Positions 1 to 8,381 of a stretch of 64,000 nt of DNA are shown piece by piece. Positions within the stretch are counted from its first letter, which is position 1, and each line of letters begins with the position of its first letter. Source of the stretch: Nannocystales bacterium (GTDB lineage: Bacteria; Myxococcota_A; Polyangia; Nannocystales; Nannocystaceae); NCBI GenBank assembly GCA_050633305.1, contig JBOEGF010000010.1, positions 64,001 through 128,000 on the forward strand, written 5' to 3'. The notes below the pieces were generated by a model, which was given only the letters and a program-made list of their open reading frames with translations, searched no databases and was not told the DNA's origin. Made by a program: the position numbers and the translations under genes.

Positions 1-81
1 GGGTTCCTGTGCGTGTCGTTCGACGCACCCTATCCGGCGTATCCTGATCTCGGCGTGTGCGTGCCGGACGTGGAGCGGTAG
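1..81 (+). CDS. 3' end of a gene truncated by the window edge (Cys-containing C-terminus ...GFLCVSFDAPYPAYPDLGVCVPDVER*)
   Basis: Frame 1 is open from base 1 to TAG at 79-81; resembles C-termini of Cys-rich myxobacterial exported proteins. Confidence 0.5.
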   Translation, partial: GFLCVSFDAPYPAYPDLGVCVPDVER

Positions 82-226
82 TGGGTGACCTTCGCTGGCT
101 CAACGGCGACCGCCAGTGGCAGGACTTGTGATGGACCTTGATGTGATGCTCTCTTACGTTTTGGCGTGTGCGTGTCACCGATGTGAGGGGCGCTCCCGGG
201 TCTGAGCTGGGTGATACCTTCGGGCC

Positions 227-1048
227 GTGAGCAAGCCTCGTCGTCACGGAGAGCCCCGCGACTCGGACACCCCTCGTCAGGAACCGCTGTACGACGAGTC
301 CGTCGCGAGCCCCTCGCATGCCGAGCACGCCCGGTCTCTCGTGCAGCGGGTCGACATGGGCGTGTTGTCCACGCACCACGCCGAGCTCGACGGGCACCCC
401 TACGGCTCGATGGTGATCTACGGGCTGCACGAGGGGGCGCCGATTCTGCTCATCAGTGGCCTCGCGGAGCACACGAAGAACCTGGAGGCATCGCCACGGT
501 GTTCGTTGCTCGTGCACGAACGCGGCCCAAAGAACCCGTTGGCGCTGTCCCGGGTGACGCTGGTCGGCGAGGGATCCAAGGTGGTCGGACCCGAGCGTGA
601 AGCTGTCGCGGCATCGTTTCTAGCTCGACACCCGGATGCGTCCTACTACGCGGACTTCACCGACTTCGCGTACTGGCGCATCGATGTGACCGGAGTGCGT
701 TTCATCGGAGGCTTTGGACGGATGTCGTGGGTTGAGCCCGAGCCGTGGGCGAACGCCCAGCCGGACCCCTTGCTGGATGGGGCGAAGGGCATCATCGAAC
801 ACATGAACGCGGACCACGCGGATGCCCTGCGTTTGTACTCCGAGGCGTTCAGCCGCTCAGGGCCGGTCCCCGAAGCGGTGATGACCGGTGTGGACCGGTA
901 CGGTTTCGAAATGTCCGTGACGACCGAGCAGGGCGCACGTCCGGTTCGCATCGCGTTCGATGAGCCCGCGACGGATTCGACCGCGGTGCGCGAAGCGATG
1001 GTCTCGCTGGTCAAGCGCGCGCGGGAACAACTGGGCCGCGAACGCTGA
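227..1048 (+). CDS. HugZ-like pyridoxamine 5'-phosphate oxidase family (split-barrel) protein with C-terminal DUF2470 domain
   Basis: GVLST...GHPYGS...ISGLAEHTKNL...RVTLVG, FIGGFGRMSWV and IIEHMNADHADAL...GVDRYGF motifs. Confidence 0.85.
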   Translation: MSKPRRHGEPRDSDTPRQEPLYDESVASPSHAEHARSLVQRVDMGVLSTHHAELDGHPYGSMVIYGLHEGAPILLISGLAEHTKNLEASPRCSLLVHERGPKNPLALSRVTLVGEGSKVVGPEREAVAASFLARHPDASYYADFTDFAYWRIDVTGVRFIGGFGRMSWVEPEPWANAQPDPLLDGAKGIIEHMNADHADALRLYSEAFSRSGPVPEAVMTGVDRYGFEMSVTTEQGARPVRIAFDEPATDSTAVREAMVSLVKRAREQLGRER

Positions 1049-2390
1049 GCTCGGCGGGCTGTCTCGCGGTCGAGGTCCACGGCTGAAGCAGCGCAGCCGC
1101 GGCCGGGGCGACACAGTATTCGAGCGCTCGCTGCGCCACCTCCAGCCGCTGCTCCGCGGTCAGGCGACCAACCACCCGCAGCACCGCCGGCTCGAGGCTG
1201 TCGGAGATCGAGACTGCACGGGGGACGGCGTCTTGGGCATGCGCGAACGCTTTGGCCACTGCGGCGCGCAGCGAGTCGTCGCCGCGACGGAGCATCCAAG
1301 CGAGTGCGGACCATGCGAGCTCGGCATGCCGAAGCTCTTGCTCGGCGATCTCGGAAAGGACCGCTGCGACCGAAGCATCGGTGGCATGGGAAGCTGCAAT
1401 GTCGAGCTGCATGGCGGAGATGGTCTCCGCGATGCAGCCCTCGGTCGCAAGCGACACGGCCGAGGCGATCGGGTCGGACGCATCGTCGAGGGCTCCTTCG
1501 ATGGGCAGCGCACTGGGGCCCAGATTCACGCCCCCGTAGGCGCGGGCCAGGCCAAAGAACGCACGCGCGTGCTCGACCTCCTCACTCATCGCTGCCTGGG
1601 CGCCTGCGATGAGTGAGGACGGCGCACCGACACTCATGAGCTGGAGGACGAAACGAGAGAACGAGGCTATGGACGCCGCCTCGTGGCATCCCTCTGCTGC
1701 CCAGGCTTCGCAGAGGACTGCCCGGGTCGAGGCTGAGAGTCCCGCAACGTTTGGCGAGCACGACCGCCACCAATCGTCACGTCGCACGACTTCGGGAAGT
1801 CGCGCGGCACCGCGGACGAGGAACGGACGGCCCGGGCACGACTGGCCAGGTTGAACGACCACCCATGCACAGCAGGTTGTCTCGCCAAGGAGAAAGGGTT
1901 CACACGCGGTCCGCTCCGCGAATCCGTCGCAAACCAGGCAGTCCCAGGCCGCGTCGAGGTAGTCGTCCTCCGTCTGCGTGTCACAGGCAGCGTCCGCGAC
2001 TCCGTCCACACAGATCGGGATGAGGACCTCGTAGGGCCCAAGCTCAGCCTCACAATCCGGTGCTCCCTCCACGGGCTCGCAGTCGGTCTCAAACTCGCCT
2101 ACGTCCGGGATTGCACCGATGTCGACGAAGGCATCTCCGATGTCGAACCGTGGGCCTTCACCGAGACCCCCGGTGTTGGGCATCGTGGGGTCACCGGAGG
2201 TGCTTATGGCCGTCGTGACTGGGGAGGTGCTCGGTGCCGTTGTCGCATCGCTCGACGTTGCGCCGGCGCTCGTCGTGCCAGTCGTCTCTGAGCCTTCGGT
2301 GTCGACGACGGGGCCACACCCGCCACCACCCATCGCCAACCCGAGTGCGACCGCCGCTCGAAGCCTCCCCGAGATTTCCACCCAATCCAT
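1011..2390 (-). CDS. Lipoprotein with Ser/Thr linker, Cys-rich segment and ferritin-like diiron domain
   Basis: Lipobox GGGC; CPGRPFLV; ligand-like motifs HEAAS, EEVEH, EGCIAET, QELRH. Confidence 0.75.
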   Translation of the reverse strand: MDWVEISGRLRAAVALGLAMGGGGCGPVVDTEGSETTGTTSAGATSSDATTAPSTSPVTTAISTSGDPTMPNTGGLGEGPRFDIGDAFVDIGAIPDVGEFETDCEPVEGAPDCEAELGPYEVLIPICVDGVADAACDTQTEDDYLDAAWDCLVCDGFAERTACEPFLLGETTCCAWVVVQPGQSCPGRPFLVRGAARLPEVVRRDDWWRSCSPNVAGLSASTRAVLCEAWAAEGCHEAASIASFSRFVLQLMSVGAPSSLIAGAQAAMSEEVEHARAFFGLARAYGGVNLGPSALPIEGALDDASDPIASAVSLATEGCIAETISAMQLDIAASHATDASVAAVLSEIAEQELRHAELAWSALAWMLRRGDDSLRAAVAKAFAHAQDAVPRAVSISDSLEPAVLRVVGRLTAEQRLEVAQRALEYCVAPAAAALLQPWTSTARQPAELSVRGPVVPARA

Positions 2391-2564
2391 CTGGTGCGAT
2401 TATCCCTCATTTTCTCGCCGATGGTGGGGGGCCGGCGATCCATTCTCCGTCTACGTCGTCGACCTGCGGGTTTACCTCCAGGAGTGACCACATCCCGTCT
2501 CTCCCCTCCCGAGAGGCCACAACGCTGTGGGGACGCCCACTCGGTGTGTGATGCGGGCGACTTC

Positions 2565-3812
2565 CTACGGGGACTCCAAGCGGTGCAGCTCCGAGCGGAG
2601 TTCCAGCCCGTCATCGCCTTGCGTGTTGCAATGCAGGACGACGAGGGCACCCTGGGCATCGAACGCATGGCTCACGCCTGCGTTGCAGCCCGGGGTCGTG
2701 TGCGTCCACTGTTGCTCCTCGTCTTCGATGTTCACGTACGCCGCGACACCACAGTCCGTCGCAGGGTCGAAGCTCTCGGCGCAGTTGGAGCGCTCGCTGC
2801 CCACGTAGCCGGTGGGCGAGTAGGCGCTGCCGAACACCAGCTCCGGGTCGACGAGGACCGTCGAAAGGATGCTGGCATCGGCGGAGACGGTGACCACCGC
2901 ACGGTCATCGATGTCCACGACCGCGAGCGCATTTCCATCCTCGCCGAGTCGGAGATCATTGATTCCGTCGGTGCCCCCACTTGCGGGGAGGCGAAGCTCG
3001 GCGAGGGTCTGGAGGTCGTCGTCGACCCACACCAGCCATGCCTCGGCTTGAGAACTCTCGGGGGACGTCCCCCAGCTTCCGCCGAGCAAGAACCCATGTT
3101 GCTCGGATACGAGGACGGAGTCGAACAGCGTACCGCGGCCCTCGGAGTTGGTCCACGTCCGGGTGGCCACGATGGCGCCGAGACTGTCGAGATGGACGGC
3201 CCAGCCGTACACGGCATTGGGGTTGTCCTCGGCGAGTTCTAGGCCTACTGCGACGGCGCCCCCATTGCCCGTCGCGGCGACACTTCGCGGTCTGGATGGG
3301 AGCGTTGTGGTCCACAGTGGCTCTCCATCGGCGGAAAACTTGGAGACCGCATTGTCCGAGACCGGGATGTCCGAGTAGTCGACGAGCGAGATGAACACCG
3401 AACCGTCGGGCCCCGTATCAAGGCCGGTGAGGTCACGCTCTTCGAGCTCGCCGAGTTCGTTTTGCGAAAACGGAAGCGAGCGTTCCCACTGAAGTCCGCC
3501 GTCCTCGGCGAAGGCTCCAACCCACATCGCGTCGTAGAGGGTCAGGTCCCCGAATGTCCCCTGATAACCGGAGACTCCTGCGGCGACGACGGAGCCATCC
3601 TCGCGAACGTCGAGGTGCTGAATGGACCCGCCCTCGAGTACGCCAAGAGACTCGCTATCCGCGGTGGGGATCGAGCCTTCACCCGATTCGCCCGATTCAC
3701 CCTCGGAGCCTCCCGTTGGTTCGTCTCCGAGAGACTTCGAGCCGGGGTCACAGGCAGGACCCGTGGCGATGGATGACAGGCCGACGATGAACGTTACGTG
3801 CTTCAAGTTCAT
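2565..3812 (-). CDS. Lipoprotein, predicted beta-propeller; output gene of ECF cassette 1
   Basis: Start re-called at ATG 3812 (MNLKHVTFIVGLSSIATGPAC); acidic linker; repeated 'DG..LW' blade motifs. Confidence 0.7.
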   Translation of the reverse strand: MNLKHVTFIVGLSSIATGPACDPGSKSLGDEPTGGSEGESGESGEGSIPTADSESLGVLEGGSIQHLDVREDGSVVAAGVSGYQGTFGDLTLYDAMWVGAFAEDGGLQWERSLPFSQNELGELEERDLTGLDTGPDGSVFISLVDYSDIPVSDNAVSKFSADGEPLWTTTLPSRPRSVAATGNGGAVAVGLELAEDNPNAVYGWAVHLDSLGAIVATRTWTNSEGRGTLFDSVLVSEQHGFLLGGSWGTSPESSQAEAWLVWVDDDLQTLAELRLPASGGTDGINDLRLGEDGNALAVVDIDDRAVVTVSADASILSTVLVDPELVFGSAYSPTGYVGSERSNCAESFDPATDCGVAAYVNIEDEEQQWTHTTPGCNAGVSHAFDAQGALVVLHCNTQGDDGLELRSELHRLESP

Positions 3813-3824
3813 GGTTATGTCGGT

Positions 3825-3856
3825 TGAGTGCACGGCGACCCGAGAATCCGTCACGG
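3825..3856 (-). promoter_or_regulatory. Candidate ECF promoter, cassette 1 target copy: CCGTGACGGA-N13-GTGCACTCA
   Basis: Both boxes identical to the copy at 5139-5170 with the same spacer length; lies 12 nt before ATG 3812. Confidence 0.7.
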
Positions 3857-4591
3857 GTCCTGCGAAACTTTGTTGTCGCCAACGAGCCCGCAGCGTTGCC
3901 GCACTTTCGCGGTGAGTGCTCCACGGGGATGGGCTTGCACGAACGCGGTTGCTCGCCGGGTGTCGGTGGCCTCGACCATGCATGCCGCACTCGCGGCGAT
4001 GGCCTCGCGCTCGGTTGTGAGTTGCGGCGCGTGGAATCCGGTTCGATGAAAGTCGCAGAGCGCGAGCGCCTCCTTGGGCTTGCCGCGGTCCAGCGCGGAC
4101 TCTGCCTTGGCGATGAGGTCGGCTTCCGCACGCAAGGCGTCCGCTGTTGTCGACGGTGACGGCGTGGTGGTCTCGTGAGCGGCGGGCGCCGTGCGACGCG
4201 GTCGGGGTCTTGTTCGGGGCGCGACTTCGACCGGCGGACGTGCGGGGTTCGTCGGCTGTCCTCGGTCGACAGGAAGCGAGGGCGCGGGCGTCTGCTCGGA
4301 GGGGGGACCGAGCTCGGGGTGGTACGGCTGTTCAATCGGGGGGGGGACGCCCGGGTCAGACTCGGCTGGTGACCGGCTGGCGATCCACGTTCCGCCTGCG
4401 GTGACGACGGTTGCGACGACCAGCGCGACTTTTCCGAGCATCGGAGCCGCGGGCACACCTGTGGGGACGGGCGGTGCATCGACGTGCGCCAAGAGGCTCT
4501 CGAGTCCCCGCGACTCGGCATCGCCGCCAGGCGTCGCGGCAGGGAGACCATCGTCGATGAGCTTTCGAAGCTCGGGGTCAAGCGGCTCCAT
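3851..4591 (-). CDS. Putative anti-sigma factor: cytoplasmic N-terminus, one TM helix, Pro-rich linker, C-terminal TPR-like domain
   Basis: Overlaps the sigma gene 3' end; TM KVALVVATVVTAGGTWI; ALRAEADLIAKAESALDRG...ALALC helical repeat. Confidence 0.7.
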   Translation of the reverse strand: MEPLDPELRKLIDDGLPAATPGGDAESRGLESLLAHVDAPPVPTGVPAAPMLGKVALVVATVVTAGGTWIASRSPAESDPGVPPPIEQPYHPELGPPSEQTPAPSLPVDRGQPTNPARPPVEVAPRTRPRPRRTAPAAHETTTPSPSTTADALRAEADLIAKAESALDRGKPKEALALCDFHRTGFHAPQLTTEREAIAASAACMVEATDTRRATAFVQAHPRGALTAKVRQRCGLVGDNKVSQDP

Positions 4592-5168
4592 GGGTCCCTC
4601 CTTCGGCTTTCTGTAGCGCCTCGAGCGATGCCTTCATGCGACTCCGAGCCAGGCGAAGCCGGGAGTACACGGTGTTGAGTTTGGTGCCCATGACCTGGGC
4701 GATCTCGGGGGCCTGCAGCTGTGCGACTTCCGCGAGTACGAAGACCTCCCGCTGCTCCTCCGGGAGCTGACCGAGCAGCCGGTCGAGCCGGGCCAGGGCG
4801 GCCCGTCCGTGGACTGTCGATTCGATGGTGGGGGCCCGGGCCGGGGCCTCGGGTGGAAGTGGGTCGGTTTGTCCGCGTCGCACCCGAGTCCGGTGGCGTC
4901 GCGCAACGCGGAGCGCAATTCCGTGGAGCCAGGTCTGGACGCTCGACTCGTTTCGAAAGTCCGCACGACGACGATGCAGGACCAGGAAGATCTCCTGAAC
5001 GACATCCTCAACATGGCTCGGGGGGACGCCCAGCCGGCCGACCAAGGCCCATGTGGAACGAAAATGTGTTCGGTACGCATCGACGACCCATGCGGATGCA
5101 GGGTCCCGGCGCTGGCGTGGCTGAGCCCCCACACCTGCTGAGTGCACCCGGGCCTTCTTTTCCGTCAC
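4578..5168 (-). CDS. ECF-type RNA polymerase sigma-70 factor (cassette 1); true start may be GTG at 5132
   Basis: Region 2 EDVVQEIFL...TWLHGIALRVA; region 4 LPEEQREVFVL...EIAQVMG..LNTVYSRLRLAR. Confidence 0.92.
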   Translation of the reverse strand: MTEKKARVHSAGVGAQPRQRRDPASAWVVDAYRTHFRSTWALVGRLGVPPSHVEDVVQEIFLVLHRRRADFRNESSVQTWLHGIALRVARRHRTRVRRGQTDPLPPEAPARAPTIESTVHGRAALARLDRLLGQLPEEQREVFVLAEVAQLQAPEIAQVMGTKLNTVYSRLRLARSRMKASLEALQKAEGGTHGAA

Positions 5169-5170
5169 GG
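5139..5170 (-). promoter_or_regulatory. Candidate ECF autoregulatory promoter, cassette 1: CCGTGACGGA-N13-GTGCACTCA
   Basis: Matches 3825-3856; 6 nt upstream of the in-frame GTG at 5132. Confidence 0.7.
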
Positions 5171-6136
5171 CAGCCGCCGCTCGATCCCCAACATGCCCGC
5201 ACCGCCGAGTCGGGGGCTTTCAAGCAGGTTCTGGCGGTCGCCGATCCGAAACGCCGGGCGGGCGAGACCCACGGCAAGCAGGGCATCGAGGCAGAGGCGC
5301 CACTGCGGGTTCCACGCCCACCGAAGTCCTGCAAGCGCGTGGGCGCCAACCCAGACCGCTCGCGGGCGACGGGGGGCGGGAATTCCGACCCCTGCGCCAA
5401 ACACCGCACCGACAGCAGGTCCCGCACAGAGCGCGGCTGTGACGGATCCTCGTCCGGGCTCGTAACAACCCTGGACGTTGGCGGCCACTGCGGAGAAGCG
5501 CCCCCCGACGGTTGTGCCTGGATACAGGAGGCGGCGAGGCGTTTCGTAATGGCCAGCGACTCGTACGGCCCATCGGTCGCCCCTGAGAACGTACCGAGCG
5601 CCCAGGCGCGCGCTGACCGCTGGGACGTGGATGGCGGCGACTCCCGCGTCGACACCCACCCAGTGCGTGAACGGGGGACGGAGACGCGTTGATTCGTCCG
5701 TTGGCTGCGAGAAGACGGGGGCGGGGGCGGTTCGAGGTTGTTCCGCCTCGGGTGCGGGCTCGCGGGCGGGCGGAGGCTCGGGTGTTGGAACGAGGGGGAC
5801 GGCCGGCTCTGGCCGGGTGGATGGTGGCTCTGCGGGCTCGGGTTGCGCGTCGCGTGCCACAGCGATCACCACCATTGCGGCAGCCATCAAGTCCTCGCAT
5901 GACCCTGCCGTGAGGAGGCGTGGGTCGTCTCCGTCGATGCGGACCTCCGCCTGCCAACCGTTGGGTGTTGGCTCGACCTGCACCTCGCTCGTTCCCTGCG
6001 AAGCGTCGGACTCGAGCTCGGTCTCCAGGTACCCGGCAGCATCCGCCTGGGATGGACAGTCCGCAGGGGCATGCCAGCGAAGACCTCGCGCCTCCGGAGC
6101 GGAGAGAAGCAGCAGCGTGACAGACGCGGCGAGCAC
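5165..6136 (-). CDS. Exported protein, N-terminal WxAPxxCP domain, Pro/Glu linker and predicted C-terminal beta-barrel; first gene of ECF cassette 1
   Basis: Signal peptide; WHAPADCP...GSCEDL; alternating amphipathic strands in the C-terminal half. Confidence 0.65.
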   Translation of the reverse strand: MLAASVTLLLLSAPEARGLRWHAPADCPSQADAAGYLETELESDASQGTSEVQVEPTPNGWQAEVRIDGDDPRLLTAGSCEDLMAAAMVVIAVARDAQPEPAEPPSTRPEPAVPLVPTPEPPPAREPAPEAEQPRTAPAPVFSQPTDESTRLRPPFTHWVGVDAGVAAIHVPAVSARLGARYVLRGDRWAVRVAGHYETPRRLLYPGTTVGGRFSAVAANVQGCYEPGRGSVTAALCAGPAVGAVFGAGVGIPAPRRPRAVWVGAHALAGLRWAWNPQWRLCLDALLAVGLARPAFRIGDRQNLLESPRLGGAGMLGIERRLP

Positions 6137-6203
6137 GTGCCGCGAAGAGTGCCAGAAACCCGGGAGTGTCGGAGATGTCCGGGTGCGCTATCCATACGCG
6201 TCC

Positions 6204-6560
6204 ATGGGAATCGTCCTCTGGCTCGCGGTTCTCGCGAGCGCTGGCTGGCTGCTGTGGCTGTGGCTGTCCCGGGCGCGCCGAGTTGCGGTGGCAGGACGTC
6301 AGGCTCAGCGCCACATCGAGTTGGAGCGCGAGCGGCCTGGCGCGCTGCCGTCGGCATCGATCGAAGTCTCGTCGGCAGCAACCATCGAGCCAATCGTCGA
6401 GCGCGCCCCGTGTGCGGCGTGCGGAGGAGCGATGCACGTCGACGTGCACGAGGTCGAGGACTACGGTGGGGGCCGCCTTCGCCGAGTCGAGGCGCGGTGC
6501 GGCAGCTGCAGCCGGCCGGTCACGACTTGGTTTCGAGTTCGGGTGTCGCTGCCGAATTGA
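6204..6560 (+). CDS. Small membrane-anchored zinc-ribbon protein
   Basis: ATG 6204; N-terminal TM (IVLWLAVLASAGWLLWLWL); CAAC...CGSC. Confidence 0.7.
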   Translation: MGIVLWLAVLASAGWLLWLWLSRARRVAVAGRQAQRHIELERERPGALPSASIEVSSAATIEPIVERAPCAACGGAMHVDVHEVEDYGGGRLRRVEARCGSCSRPVTTWFRVRVSLPN

Positions 6561-6578
6561 GCGGAGCGTTCGGCACGC

Positions 6579-8156
6579 TCACTTCATCTGCTTGGCCACC
6601 CGACACGCAGGCTTGGCACCGAGCTCGCATGCCCGGTGCGCATCGGCGCGGCCGCCGGACTTATCGCCGCCGTGCCACCGCGCGCCCGCCCGCTCCAAAA
6701 GCGCCTCCGCATGGTCGGGTTGTTCTGCGAGAAAGCGATCCCACATCTTCACAATCTCTGCGAACCGCTGCTCCCTTGCGAGTGCTTGGTCGAGCTTTCG
6801 GTGCAGGGCGAGGTCCTTCGGCGCATTCGCGACACGCTCTTGCAGGGCAGCAAGGTTGGTTCCCGACAGCCCGTATTTGGTCTGAGGATCACCCGCACCC
6901 GGAGAGATCGCATTGGCCAGCGCACGCAGCCTCCGGTCCATCGTGTCGTCTCCTTTCTTCCCCGCTTCGCGCGCGTCGTACCGCAGGCGTTCGAGAATGA
7001 AGCGGGTCGGTTTGTCGATGTCCGGGTTGAGCGGGTCGAGCCGTCGCGCGAGCAGAATATCCTCCGCGGCGGCCTCGAAGTCTTCGCGTTGCTTGTGGAC
7101 CCAGTGCCGCCCGACGATGCATGCCCGAGCCTGAGGGTCGACGTTGAGACCCGCCTCGAAGTGGGGCATCGCGTCACCGTGTCGGTTGAGCCTGACGAGG
7201 AGGTCGCCATAGAAGCAGGAGATACGGGGGAGAGGACCCCGAGAAACCGCCGCCGCGCAGGCTTGGAGGGATGCATCCTTCCCGTCACGTTGCCAGCCGC
7301 TTCGGCACTCGTCGAACTCGACGTAGGCAGGGACGAGGGCGAGAGCAGGATTGGTCTTGACCTCGGCGGGCATGAACTTCGCGGCGTCGAGCATCTCGGC
7401 CTTGGAGCCTCCCCAACGCGGCGCGTGGTCCAGCACCCACGCGGCGCGAGGCGCAAAGCATGTTGGACACTCCTTCAGAGACTGGTCGTAGAGACGACGC
7501 AACTCTTCCCGGGGTGCTCCGGTGCCGCGCAGCAGATGCTGTTTGGCGGTCATGAGCGAGACGGCGTTCGGGCGGAGCTGGAGCGCAGCGTCATAGTCGG
7601 CGATCGCCTCGGCGGCTCCGGACGCGAGGGCATCAAACTGCTCCCGGGTTGTCTTGTCTGCGGTCTTGCTTCCCCGTTTCGACCACGCGGCTTTCGCCTT
7701 CCAAGCCCCGCGGGCGGCGAGGGCTCCGAAGGACTTCGGAGTGGCCGCGACCCAGGCATCGAGCAGCGGGCCGAGCGTGGGGTCCGCGATCGCGAACGAA
7801 TTCATGGCTTGTTCGGGCCACGCTTCCTTGGAGAGGTCGTCCTCAAAGGCCGACTGCATGTGCTCGAACGCGGTGTTCAGGTCCGGGAATCGCTGCGCGC
7901 GGAGCAAGGCGAGCAAGACCGTGCTGTCCGGGCGGGAGAGGGGACGGCCGAAGGGATCGGTGCCGGCCGAGCCAACGAACGGGACGCCTTTGGGGATCGC
8001 TGGATCCGTGGGGCGCTTGGGTGAGAGGTCGGGTGCGCTACGCCGCTCCGTGGACTGCGGCAATCCCCGAGACGCGGCCAGGGGGACATCTTCGTTGAAC
8101 AGATCACAACCGAGCAGCGCGAACGCTGCGACTGAAACGGCAACCATCCTGGTCAT
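6579..8156 (-). CDS. DUF4034-like TPR lipoprotein
   Basis: Start re-called at 8156 (lipobox LLGC); LDAWVAATPKS...AWSKRG and APRWGGS motifs; TPR helices. Confidence 0.75.
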   Translation of the reverse strand: MTRMVAVSVAAFALLGCDLFNEDVPLAASRGLPQSTERRSAPDLSPKRPTDPAIPKGVPFVGSAGTDPFGRPLSRPDSTVLLALLRAQRFPDLNTAFEHMQSAFEDDLSKEAWPEQAMNSFAIADPTLGPLLDAWVAATPKSFGALAARGAWKAKAAWSKRGSKTADKTTREQFDALASGAAEAIADYDAALQLRPNAVSLMTAKQHLLRGTGAPREELRRLYDQSLKECPTCFAPRAAWVLDHAPRWGGSKAEMLDAAKFMPAEVKTNPALALVPAYVEFDECRSGWQRDGKDASLQACAAAVSRGPLPRISCFYGDLLVRLNRHGDAMPHFEAGLNVDPQARACIVGRHWVHKQREDFEAAAEDILLARRLDPLNPDIDKPTRFILERLRYDAREAGKKGDDTMDRRLRALANAISPGAGDPQTKYGLSGTNLAALQERVANAPKDLALHRKLDQALAREQRFAEIVKMWDRFLAEQPDHAEALLERAGARWHGGDKSGGRADAHRACELGAKPACRVAKQMK

Positions 8157-8381
8157 CGAGGAGATGATGACAGCTTCCTTCGGACACACCGACGGCGAAG
8201 GTTTGCGTTGGCCAGGCCGGGGGCTGCGGTTGTCCACGGTCCTGCCATCGAGCCGTGCGTCCACGCGCATCCATACACCGCGTATCCCTCGACGATGGCT
8301 CGTTCCAAGGACCGGCCCCAGCACCGAATCGAGATCGGGAGTAACAGCGCGCCCGGCAGGTGCGAACATGGCCGGAAGCCC

